The notes below the pieces were generated by a model. It was given only the letters and a program-made list of their open reading frames with translations, searched no databases and was not told the origin of the DNA. A program made the position numbers and the translations under genes. A stretch of DNA of 64,000 nucleotides from Sulfuricurvum sp. Its GTDB lineage: Bacteria > Campylobacterota > Campylobacteria > Campylobacterales > Sulfurimonadaceae. Position 1 is the stretch's first letter, and each line of letters begins with the position of its first letter. Shown one piece after another: positions 18,343-26,138 of the stretch. The stretch covers positions 126,215-190,214 of the forward strand of contig JAGXFL010000001.1 in the NCBI GenBank assembly GCA_024637295.1. Direction: 5' to 3'.

Positions 18343-19310
18343 GTGTAGGGTTCACCTGACCCCTTTATTTTGATTTGTTAGCCTTTTTTCATTAAGCTTG
18401 ATAGTGCTTTTGTAAGTTCAGCTTCATCTTTCAAAGCTTGCGAAAGTCTTTCAGACAATTCTCCTAGTACAACTCGCACACTACTTGCCATTTCAAGACA
18501 TTGTTCGTCAGTCAAAGCATGAACACCTTCACTTAAGGCACTATGTAAAAGTTTGATTGGACTGTGACCATTTATGAGTAAACTCTCAGGAATGGCACCT
18601 TTTGCCATATCTAATGCTGTAGTAAACTGTATTTCTTCTATAGCTTTTTGTAATATTTCTATATTTGATTTTGAAGTACCAATTTTATCCGCAACCTTTA
18701 TAATTTCGCCCAGAATCCTATTTTTCTGGTTTTCTACAACTCTTCGGTAATATATAAAAGCTCCTACTCCTAAACCTTGATTTTCACAGCGTCTACCTTT
18801 GAGAAACTCATCCCTGTCTGGCCCAATTAGTTTCATAAGTTTAGAAGGAATTGGAGGGCCATAAGTTGGTAATTCACCAAATTTATAGCATTCACCTTTT
18901 GCTTTCCCTTCCTCCGTAACTTTAGCAGAAAGTGAAAATGTCTTCTCTATTTTTTGGCAATTTGAGCAACGATAAGTTAGATAGAAAAAGCGATAGCCTG
19001 TCATACTTAGTCCTACAGAATCAGCTGTTACGCATCTGAAAAAACGTATACCATTGCAACGTTCATCTTCACAATGTAACTGAATTTCAGGTTTGTTTAT
19101 TTCATATTCGTAATAATGAGCTCGATTAAATGATGCTTTGACTAAATTAGAAATATGAATAAGTTGATTAGGTGGAGTGCTTTCTAAAAAATCTGAAAAC
19201 GATTGATACTCAATTTCTTTTTTTACTTCTTCTTTTGTGTTTGACAAATCTTCCTCCTTATATGTTGTAGGCTAACGTTGAAAGAAAAGGAGGCAGGTGA
19301 ACCCTGTACC
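18342..19310. mobile_element. Single-gene cassette bounded by ~41-bp imperfect inverted repeats with integron-like GTTAGCC cores
   Basis: Left (18342-18383, +): GGTGTAGGGTTCACCTG-ACCCCTTTATTTTGATTT-GTTAGCC. Right (19310-19270, -): GGTACAGGGTTCACCTG-CCTCCTTTTCTTTCAAC-GTTAGCC. One ORF fills the interior and its TAA lies inside the left core. Confidence 0.6.
18378..19247 (-). CDS. Hypothetical protein: Cys-rich N-terminal half + helical DUF4145/HEPN-like C-terminal half
   Basis: 289-aa ORF with AAGGAGG RBS and TTG start. Motifs C-x4-C...C and CSNC, then GRRCENQGLGVGAFIYYRRVVE and LHSALSEGVH. The fold call is from recollection only. Confidence 0.6.
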   Translation of the reverse strand: MSNTKEEVKKEIEYQSFSDFLESTPPNQLIHISNLVKASFNRAHYYEYEINKPEIQLHCEDERCNGIRFFRCVTADSVGLSMTGYRFFYLTYRCSNCQKIEKTFSLSAKVTEEGKAKGECYKFGELPTYGPPIPSKLMKLIGPDRDEFLKGRRCENQGLGVGAFIYYRRVVENQKNRILGEIIKVADKIGTSKSNIEILQKAIEEIQFTTALDMAKGAIPESLLINGHSPIKLLHSALSEGVHALTDEQCLEMASSVRVVLGELSERLSQALKDEAELTKALSSLMKKG

Positions 19311-19367
19311 CTCCATCTTTTTTTGATTTTACGCTAGTGTATCATAAATAGGTATAGGGTTCAGCTG
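19294..19367. repeat. Inverted pair of the 17-bp motif forming a potential hairpin (40-nt spacer)
   Basis: caggtgaaccctgtacc (19294-19310) and ggtatagggttcagctg (19351-19367) are reverse complements with 2 mismatches. Confidence 0.7.
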
Positions 19368-19490
19368 GCTACTTTATGCTCAAAGACGAACTTTATTTCG
19401 TTTTTCACACCACACCGCCGTCATAACACTCTTCTTCAATATAGATTGAGCCATATACTATGATACAATCATGTAAACATAGGGTATAAA

Positions 19491-19913
19491 ATGCTACAAA
19501 TTTCACACACAGTATCTATTCCTGATTCAGAGATCGAGATCACGGCCATCCGCTCCCAAGGAGCAGGGGGGCAAAATGTCAACAAAGTCTCCACCGCGAT
19601 CCACCTGCGCTTTGACATCAACACCTCGACACTTCCCGAACTCTACAAAGAACGGCTATTAGCGCTCACGGATCACCGCATTACCAAAGAGGGAATCGTC
19701 AACATCAAATCCCAAGAATCGCGAAGTCAAGAAGAGAACAAAGAGGCGGCGTTACAGCGGCTCAAAGAACTGATTAAAAATGTCATGGTGATTCAGAAAA
19801 AACGCACAGCGACCAAACCAACCCGTAATTCACAAAAACGACGGATGGACAGTAAAACGAAGCACGGGAATATTAAGAAGATGCGGGGAAAAGTTAATAA
19901 AGGGGAAGGTTAA
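19491..19913 (+). CDS. arfB: Alternative ribosome rescue peptidyl-tRNA hydrolase ArfB
   Basis: IRSQGAGGQNVNKVSTA, SQESRSQEENKEAALQRL, basic tail RTATKPTRNSQKRRMDSK. Confidence 0.93.
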   Translation: MLQISHTVSIPDSEIEITAIRSQGAGGQNVNKVSTAIHLRFDINTSTLPELYKERLLALTDHRITKEGIVNIKSQESRSQEENKEAALQRLKELIKNVMVIQKKRTATKPTRNSQKRRMDSKTKHGNIKKMRGKVNKGEG

Positions 19914-20419
19914 GAAACCTTGAGTTCTTTATGCTTCTTAGGATAATCAAATGACACAAATCGGGCTGAATCTTTTCCAATACTGTTCCAATCATCCTCT
20001 TTTAGTTTTACACTGATAATTCCGCAGGTTGGAATGTTTTCGATAGTGTGTCCGCTGATGTATTCGGCGAATTCTGTCAGTCCTGGGTTGTGTCCTATTA
20101 GAAAGAGAGTTTGGCAGGTTGATGGGATAGATGCGACAACATCTCTAATCGCATCACAATTCGCCGCATACAAAGCCTCGTTATAAATAATCAGATCGCT
20201 TTCATAACTGATTTGTTTTGCAATCTCCACGGCTGTCATAAGCGCACGAACAGCTGGACTTGAGAGGATGAGGTCGGGAAAAATATCTGCTTTGGCTAAA
20301 CTATTTCCCATCAATGGAGCATCTCGTTTCCCCCGTTTATTAAGCGGACGGTCAAAATCATTCAAGAGAGGATCGCTCCAGTCTGATTTGGCATGACGAA
20401 TAAGATACAGTGTTTTCAT
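19910..20419 (-). CDS. sixA: SixA-type histidine phosphatase
   Basis: LYLIRHAKS, DFDRPLNKRG, SSPAVRA, IGHNPGL. Confidence 0.88.
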   Translation of the reverse strand: MKTLYLIRHAKSDWSDPLLNDFDRPLNKRGKRDAPLMGNSLAKADIFPDLILSSPAVRALMTAVEIAKQISYESDLIIYNEALYAANCDAIRDVVASIPSTCQTLFLIGHNPGLTEFAEYISGHTIENIPTCGIISVKLKEDDWNSIGKDSARFVSFDYPKKHKELKVS

Positions 20420-21192
20420 TATCCAATCCTAAAAGAAACTTTTTTAAGATCAACAGGCTTATTGTTTTGTATATCATAGATCCCTTCAAATGAATAGGGG
20501 AATTGACCGTTAAACATTCCTATATGTGCTCCTGCAGCGGTTGTTTCGGCATAATAATATTTTTTTCCTTCAATCGTGAGAGAAGCACGTAAAAAGGGAA
20601 GGGATGTTTCATCATCGACATGGACGACGACAAAGACATGATGGGGTACATAAACAAAGCGGTAGTCAAAGCCTTTTTCATTTAGCAGCGAGGCCAAAAG
20701 ATTGGACTTATCATCGCAGTCTCCCCAGTTGGTTTGTAGTACTTGTTTGGGACTTCGGCTGGTGTGGTCGGTGTGATATGGGATGTGGGTGACATAATCA
20801 AACATGTTTTGGACTTCACACGCATCATTGCCATTGCATTTTTGGGTTAACGTCGTTGCAAGAGCAGAGAACTCTCCGACATTGGCAATGTTTGTTTTGA
20901 TATATTGGCCGTTAAGCTCGATCACCCCCTTGTCATAAATACTGATAAATTCAGGTGAGTTTGGAGTGTGATAAGGCTTCAGATCTCTTGTCTCAATATT
21001 GGTGATTGACATTCCGACATAGACAAACAATCCGACACATAGTCCTATTATCAAAAAGCTTGCAATCCCGGCTTTTTCTTTTGACACAGAGGCTAATTGT
21101 ATTGTGCTGTTAAGTGCAGCCGATCGCAGTATCTCTCGATATACAAGTAAGGCAAAGACAACAATAACGGCGAGCTTGAGCCATATATCCAT
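20419..21192 (-). CDS. Membrane-anchored transglutaminase-like protein
   Basis: Two N-terminal TM segments. SPKQVLQTNWGDCDDKSNLLASLL and PHHVFV give the Cys-His catalytic pattern. Confidence 0.75.
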   Translation of the reverse strand: MDIWLKLAVIVVFALLVYREILRSAALNSTIQLASVSKEKAGIASFLIIGLCVGLFVYVGMSITNIETRDLKPYHTPNSPEFISIYDKGVIELNGQYIKTNIANVGEFSALATTLTQKCNGNDACEVQNMFDYVTHIPYHTDHTSRSPKQVLQTNWGDCDDKSNLLASLLNEKGFDYRFVYVPHHVFVVVHVDDETSLPFLRASLTIEGKKYYYAETTAAGAHIGMFNGQFPYSFEGIYDIQNNKPVDLKKVSFRIG

Positions 21193-21230
21193 GTGTTGTT
21201 TTTCTTTTTAGAAGAGGTTATGTAAACGTT

Positions 21231-21252
21231 AGCAGACCTTAAAAGGTCTGCT
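21231..21252. terminator. Perfect 10-bp hairpin downstream of the yjfB-like gene
   Basis: agcagacctt-aa-aaggtctgct. Confidence 0.55.
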
Positions 21253-21254
21253 GA

Positions 21255-21440
21255 TTAGGCACGAAGATCGAGATTTTGACCAATTCCTGTAAGTGAGGAA
21301 GCCAACGTCGAGTTTGATGATTCAACAGGTGCTTGCGCACTGTCTAAAAGTTTCATCAAGCCCTGACCTTGTACTTCCATGGCTTTTTTCATGGCATAGA
21401 TCTGAGGCTGAGTCATTGTATTGGAATTAATTGGATCCAT
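21255..21440 (-). CDS. YjfB-like putative motility protein
   Basis: AMKKAMEVQGQGLMKLLDS...GIGQNLDLRA. GGGGGA RBS. Confidence 0.75.
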   Translation of the reverse strand: MDPINSNTMTQPQIYAMKKAMEVQGQGLMKLLDSAQAPVESSNSTLASSLTGIGQNLDLRA

Positions 21441-21468
21441 ATTTCCCCCTTTTTGGAGTTACTTATAC

Positions 21469-21493
21469 ATCGGCAAAATATGGATTTTATTAA
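21469..21493 (-). promoter_or_regulatory. Candidate sigma-28 (FliA) promoter
   Basis: Minus strand TTAA-N15-GCCGAT about 30 nt upstream of the yjfB-like start. Confidence 0.45.
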
Positions 21494-21903
21494 AATTCGG
21501 TAACGGCTAATCCTTGAGCTTTCCATGCTGTGATACCGCCTGTCACATTAAGAGGGACAAATCCGTTTTCTACCAAGATACGTGAAGCCGCAACACTGCG
21601 GGTGCCGCTGTGGCAATAGACAATGATTTTGGTGTCTTTGACATCAGAAAGTTTGGAAATATTGTGACTCAGTTCATCTACGGGGATCAGAGTCGCTCCC
21701 GAAATATGCCCTTTTGAAAACTCATCGGGTGTTCGGACATCCAAAAGGGTGACATTGGTGTCATTTTGTAATAGCTCGTAGGCGGATTTAGGGTTAATTG
21801 ATTCAAAATCTGAAAATATCCAACCTTTTACATAGGCAAAATAAATAGCCAATCCCGCGATCGCAAGAGTGTAGAAAATATTCATCATTTGTTTGTTTGT
21901 CAT
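21490..21903 (-). CDS. Rhodanese-like protein with N-terminal membrane anchor
   Basis: LLDVRTPDEF, GHISGA, IVYCHSGTRS, NVTGGITAW. Start reassigned from 22002 to MTNKQ after GAGG. Confidence 0.85.
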   Translation of the reverse strand: MTNKQMMNIFYTLAIAGLAIYFAYVKGWIFSDFESINPKSAYELLQNDTNVTLLDVRTPDEFSKGHISGATLIPVDELSHNISKLSDVKDTKIIVYCHSGTRSVAASRILVENGFVPLNVTGGITAWKAQGLAVTEF

Positions 21904-22018
21904 CTGAAAACCTCGAATCACTTTATAGATGCCATAATAGTGGGTCTTGGCTTTAATAGACGTGAATAAATTTGTGAGTTTTATGTCATAATGATAGATC
22001 ACTCAAAAAGGGGATGTC

Positions 22019-24445
22019 GTGCGTGTTGTGATTGTTGGGGGCGGAATATCTGCGGTATACCTTGCCAATACCATACTTCAAAAATCTCCTGCATCCGAGG
22101 TCCTTATCGTATCGGATGAGACACATCCTCCCTATGATCGTATTCATCTGTGTGCTCTTGTAGACAAAAGCCAATGCGTTGAATCCATTACACTTGATCT
22201 TCATCCAAAAGTGCGTCTGGAACTTAATCAGACTGTAACGGCTATCGATACTTCAACAAAACGTATCTTGAGTGAACATGCCGTATTTTCCTATGACAAA
22301 CTGATAATCGCAACCGGATCAATTCCAAAAACTCTGTTTGATATCGAGAATATCAGCAATGCTTCAACGTTTCGCAGTGAACAAGACAGTGAAAAAATAG
22401 CAGATGGGATAGTGGGAAAAAATGTTGTTATTGTTGGAGTAGGACCGATTGGTCTGGAATTACTGGATACCTTGATGCAAAGCCCATCGGCCAAATCAAT
22501 CACGTTGCTGGCACGAAAAGAGTACTTTTACTCACAAGACCTAAGCAAAGAAGGTATTGGCTTATTACAGGGAATATTCCAGCAGGACCCTCGCATACGT
22601 ATCGATTTTAATGATGAGATCATTGATAAGAGTATCTCTAATAATACCATTACGAGTTTGCAGACACGTCATAGAATCATCGAAGATCCTTTTTTGATAT
22701 TTGGAATAGGTATTGATCCCCATATTGATTTTGCGCGTCAAGTTCTTGAGTGCGATAAAGGTATTTTGGTAGATGACACTATGTGTACGTCCAATCCTGA
22801 TATCTATTGTGTGGGAGAGGCGGCACAGCTTCGCAGCAGCGGTTTTATCGCAGGACGTGTCAAAGAGTGTACATTGCAAGCGGATGTTGCGATTGTCACC
22901 ATGTTGGAATTAGAGACTAAAAGGTTTGTGCAAGAAGTCTCCATTGACGGGTTAAAAGTCGGATCTTTTCTTTTCGCAGATGTCAGTTCTCCAAGCTATG
23001 CTCCCAAAGACCCAGATAATGAGACTATTTTGATCACGCATGAGAATCGGGTCGATCAATACATCGTCAATCATGACAGGCTCAAACGCTTTATCGGGAT
23101 CAATACCAATATTGATTTAATGCATTTAAAGCGTTTGATCCAAAATGATGAACCTATTGATGCGGCTTATTTGTATTCAAATCGACTCAACAGTGGAAAA
23201 GGACGGTTGGTCTGCAGTTGTGAAAGTGTCTATGAAGATGAGTTGATCGATATGATCAGACTCAATGCCGTTACTACTTTTGCAGAGTTAAAGCCGTATA
23301 CCCAAGCAGGGCGGGTATGCGGACGATGTAAACAAGATATTACTGGCTTGATTTCCAAAACACCCGTTGATCCAATAGAGGCCAAACGGTTAAAAGCTCA
23401 GAGAGAAGAACAGATAAAAGAGGCCGAGTTGACATTGGTGCGTGCACGGATAGAAAAATACAATGCAATCCATCCCAAAAATCAGCTTAGCTTTGAGAAC
23501 CTTGAGGGGGCAATGGAATCCTTCGATATGGGTCAGGAATTTAACAAATGGGTATCGATGATCACGGCAACGATGAACTTGCATCCCGGATTTGAGGATG
23601 TGGTCAAAGAGGGGGTGACACAGCTCAATAGGATTCCGATCATATGGCTGGAACTTGCCGATTGCAGTGGAAACTCCGAAGGATTTATCAAATCGTCCCA
23701 TCCAAAGATCGATGATCTAATCCTCAAATATATATCGTTGGATTACCATGAACTATTGATGGCAGGGTCAGGTGATCAATCAGAAACGGTATTGGATGAT
23801 ATCGTAAAACAAGACTCTGGGAAATACGTTCTTATTGTTGAGGGAGCAGTACCTCTTGGGCTTGATGGGAAGTTTTTGCGTATCGGTGCGAAGGGAGAGA
23901 CGGGACATGCGCTACTTCAGCGTGTCGCGCAAAACGCTGCAGCTGTCATCGCCGTAGGATCGTGTGCCTATGATGGAGGCGTTGTAGCAGCAGCCCCTAA
24001 TCCTACGGGGGCTGTGGGGGTTGCAGAGGCACTGGGGAGTACCGATATCATAAATCTACCGGGATGTCCTGTCAATCCCATCAATATCGTTGGGACGCTT
24101 TTGCATTTTATGATGTTTGAAGAGTTTCCTAAACTTGATGAAAAAAATCGCCCAGATTGGGCGTATGGGGCTAGGGTACATGACAACTGTGAGCGACGAG
24201 GTCATTTTGATATGGGTGAATTTGTCTTGGAATGGGGAGATGAAGGGGCTAAAAATGGATGGTGTTTGTTTATGATGGGATGCAAAGGACCGTATGCGCA
24301 GATGAATTGCTCACAGATGAAGTTTAATGAAGGGACCAGTTGGCCTGTCCAAGCAGGTCACGGATGTTTTGCCTGTGGTGCGGGTAAAATAGCATTTGAT
24401 CAATACGCGAATCATCGACCGCTCCCAAAGGAAGTTCATGAGTAA
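22019..24445 (+). CDS. FAD/NAD(P)H oxidoreductase (NirB N-terminus-like) + BFD [2Fe-2S] + [NiFe]-hydrogenase small subunit fusion
   Basis: VVIVGGGISA, PPYDRIHL, IIATGS, VVIVGVGPIGLE, TSNPDIYCVGEAA. BFD LVCSC...AGRVCGRC. Small-subunit motifs IIWLELADCSGNSE, LIVEGAVP, AVGSCAYDGG, INLPGCP, HDNCERRG, CLFMMGCKGP...NC, AGHGCFAC. No Tat leader. Confidence 0.9.
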   Translation: MRVVIVGGGISAVYLANTILQKSPASEVLIVSDETHPPYDRIHLCALVDKSQCVESITLDLHPKVRLELNQTVTAIDTSTKRILSEHAVFSYDKLIIATGSIPKTLFDIENISNASTFRSEQDSEKIADGIVGKNVVIVGVGPIGLELLDTLMQSPSAKSITLLARKEYFYSQDLSKEGIGLLQGIFQQDPRIRIDFNDEIIDKSISNNTITSLQTRHRIIEDPFLIFGIGIDPHIDFARQVLECDKGILVDDTMCTSNPDIYCVGEAAQLRSSGFIAGRVKECTLQADVAIVTMLELETKRFVQEVSIDGLKVGSFLFADVSSPSYAPKDPDNETILITHENRVDQYIVNHDRLKRFIGINTNIDLMHLKRLIQNDEPIDAAYLYSNRLNSGKGRLVCSCESVYEDELIDMIRLNAVTTFAELKPYTQAGRVCGRCKQDITGLISKTPVDPIEAKRLKAQREEQIKEAELTLVRARIEKYNAIHPKNQLSFENLEGAMESFDMGQEFNKWVSMITATMNLHPGFEDVVKEGVTQLNRIPIIWLELADCSGNSEGFIKSSHPKIDDLILKYISLDYHELLMAGSGDQSETVLDDIVKQDSGKYVLIVEGAVPLGLDGKFLRIGAKGETGHALLQRVAQNAAAVIAVGSCAYDGGVVAAAPNPTGAVGVAEALGSTDIINLPGCPVNPINIVGTLLHFMMFEEFPKLDEKNRPDWAYGARVHDNCERRGHFDMGEFVLEWGDEGAKNGWCLFMMGCKGPYAQMNCSQMKFNEGTSWPVQAGHGCFACGAGKIAFDQYANHRPLPKEVHE

Positions 24446-26132
24446 GAAAAAAATAGTCATCGATCCTGTAACTCGTATAGAGGGGCACCTTCGTATCGAA
24501 GTAGAGGTGGATGAGAACAATGTCGTCACCGAAGCATGGGCTTCAGGACAGCTGTTTCGTGGAATCGAGACCATATTAAAAGGGCGTGATCCCAGAGATG
24601 TAGGATTGATCGCACAGCGTATATGCGGAGTGTGTACCAATGTCCATTACAGAGCATCGATAAGCGCAGTCGAGGACGCATATTCCATCACTATTCCAAA
24701 AAATGCAGAGATCATCCGAAATCTCGTCTCATTAGCCCTCTTTGTACAAGACCATGTTGTCCATTATTATCATCTCCATTCTCTTGATTTTGTCGATATC
24801 ACGAGTGCGCTACAAGCCGATTGTGCCAAAGCCGTCAAGATGGCTCAACACTATCACGAGAATCCGTACCGTAACTCTGAGGGACATTTGGAGAGTGTCA
24901 AAGAGAAGCTTGGCAGTTTTATCAAAGCAGGAAGATTGGGACTGTTTTCAAACGGATATTGGGGGCATGAGACCTATCAGCTGAATCCTGAAGAAAACTT
25001 GGTACACATGAACCATTATCTCGAAGCACTGCGGATACAACACGATATTTCTAAAGCGATCGCTATATTTGCCGGTAAGACACCCCATCCGCAAAATTTG
25101 GTCGTAGGCGGTGTGACGAGTGTCGCGGATATGCTCAATCCCCAACGGCTCAATGATTTCATGTTTATTATCAAAGAGGTACGTGAATTTTTGGAACGTG
25201 CCTATATCCCAGATATTAAAATGGTCGTCAAAGCGTATGGCGAATCTATAGCACGCGGTGAGGGACGCGGTAGCGGAAACTTTTTGTGTTGTGGTGGGTA
25301 TCGTTTGCACAACAAAGAGCAGTTGTTCGAGGGGGGTGTCATCACGGGGCATGACTTTGATGCCATACAAGCGTTTGACCCTGCCAAGATTACGGAAGAA
25401 GCTTCACGGTCGTGGTATGAGAACAATGCAGCGACTTCTCCATACGATCAAGACAGCACACCGTTTTATACCGATTTAAATGATGATGGAACGCTTAGAA
25501 GTGAAGGAAAATACAGCTGGGTCAAAGCACCGCGTTATGAGGGAAAAGTGATGGAAGTGGGTCCCGTTGCCCGTATGATCGTGGGAACAGTCAAAAACTC
25601 TCCCGTAATCAAACCTTATATGGACCGTTTTATGAATGAAACAGGGATGAAACTGATTGATTTTTCTACCAGTGTCGGACGTAATGCGGCTCGTGCTGTT
25701 GAAGCGCAGATTTGCTGCGATTATCTTTTTGATTTCATGAGTGAGTTGATCGAAAACATCAAATACTACGATGAGACCACATGGACGAAATATGTTTTTG
25801 AAGAGTTGCCAACCACCTCTAAGGGTCATGGAATATTTGAAGTACCCAGAGGGATTTTAAGCCATTTTGTTAGAATCCAAGAGGGCAAGGTCGCCAATTA
25901 TCAAGTGGTCGCACCCACAACCTGGAATGCATCACCCAAAGATGCGTCGGGCGTGAGGGGACCGTATGAAGAGGCACTTATAGGAGTTAAACTCTCTGAT
26001 CCCACCCGCCCGTTGGAAGTATTGCGGGTTGTCCATTCGTTTGATCCTTGTCTGGCATGTGCGGTTCATGTGATCGATACAAAGGGGCGTGAACTTTCAC
26101 AGTACAAAATACAGACTGTTTGCCCCGTATAA
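24438..26132 (+). CDS. [NiFe]-hydrogenase large subunit
   Basis: IDPVTRIEGHL, L1 QRICGVC, L2 SFDPCLACAVH followed by a cleavable C-terminal extension. Start MSKKK at 24438 overlaps the upstream gene. Confidence 0.95.
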   Translation: MSKKKIVIDPVTRIEGHLRIEVEVDENNVVTEAWASGQLFRGIETILKGRDPRDVGLIAQRICGVCTNVHYRASISAVEDAYSITIPKNAEIIRNLVSLALFVQDHVVHYYHLHSLDFVDITSALQADCAKAVKMAQHYHENPYRNSEGHLESVKEKLGSFIKAGRLGLFSNGYWGHETYQLNPEENLVHMNHYLEALRIQHDISKAIAIFAGKTPHPQNLVVGGVTSVADMLNPQRLNDFMFIIKEVREFLERAYIPDIKMVVKAYGESIARGEGRGSGNFLCCGGYRLHNKEQLFEGGVITGHDFDAIQAFDPAKITEEASRSWYENNAATSPYDQDSTPFYTDLNDDGTLRSEGKYSWVKAPRYEGKVMEVGPVARMIVGTVKNSPVIKPYMDRFMNETGMKLIDFSTSVGRNAARAVEAQICCDYLFDFMSELIENIKYYDETTWTKYVFEELPTTSKGHGIFEVPRGILSHFVRIQEGKVANYQVVAPTTWNASPKDASGVRGPYEEALIGVKLSDPTRPLEVLRVVHSFDPCLACAVHVIDTKGRELSQYKIQTVCPV

Positions 26133-26138
26133 ACAATC

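Noticed and set aside
18157-18383. Canonical attC site downstream of the cassette gene
   Set aside because: After GGCTAAC I found no L''/L' boxes or a closing GTTRRRY at attC distance, so it is not called a true integron cassette.
19380-19454. 24-aa minus-strand ORF MAQSILKKSVMTAVWCEKRNKVRL
   Set aside because: No RBS and too short; a faint resemblance to toxin fragments is not supportable.
22019-24445. Assimilatory nitrite reductase NirB
   Set aside because: The siroheme/4Fe-4S nitrite-reductase domains are absent and replaced by a hydrogenase small subunit.
24396-26132. [NiFeSe] hydrogenase or selenocysteine recoding
   Set aside because: All four Ni-binding positions are Cys codons and there is no in-frame TGA; the same holds for the glutathione peroxidase.
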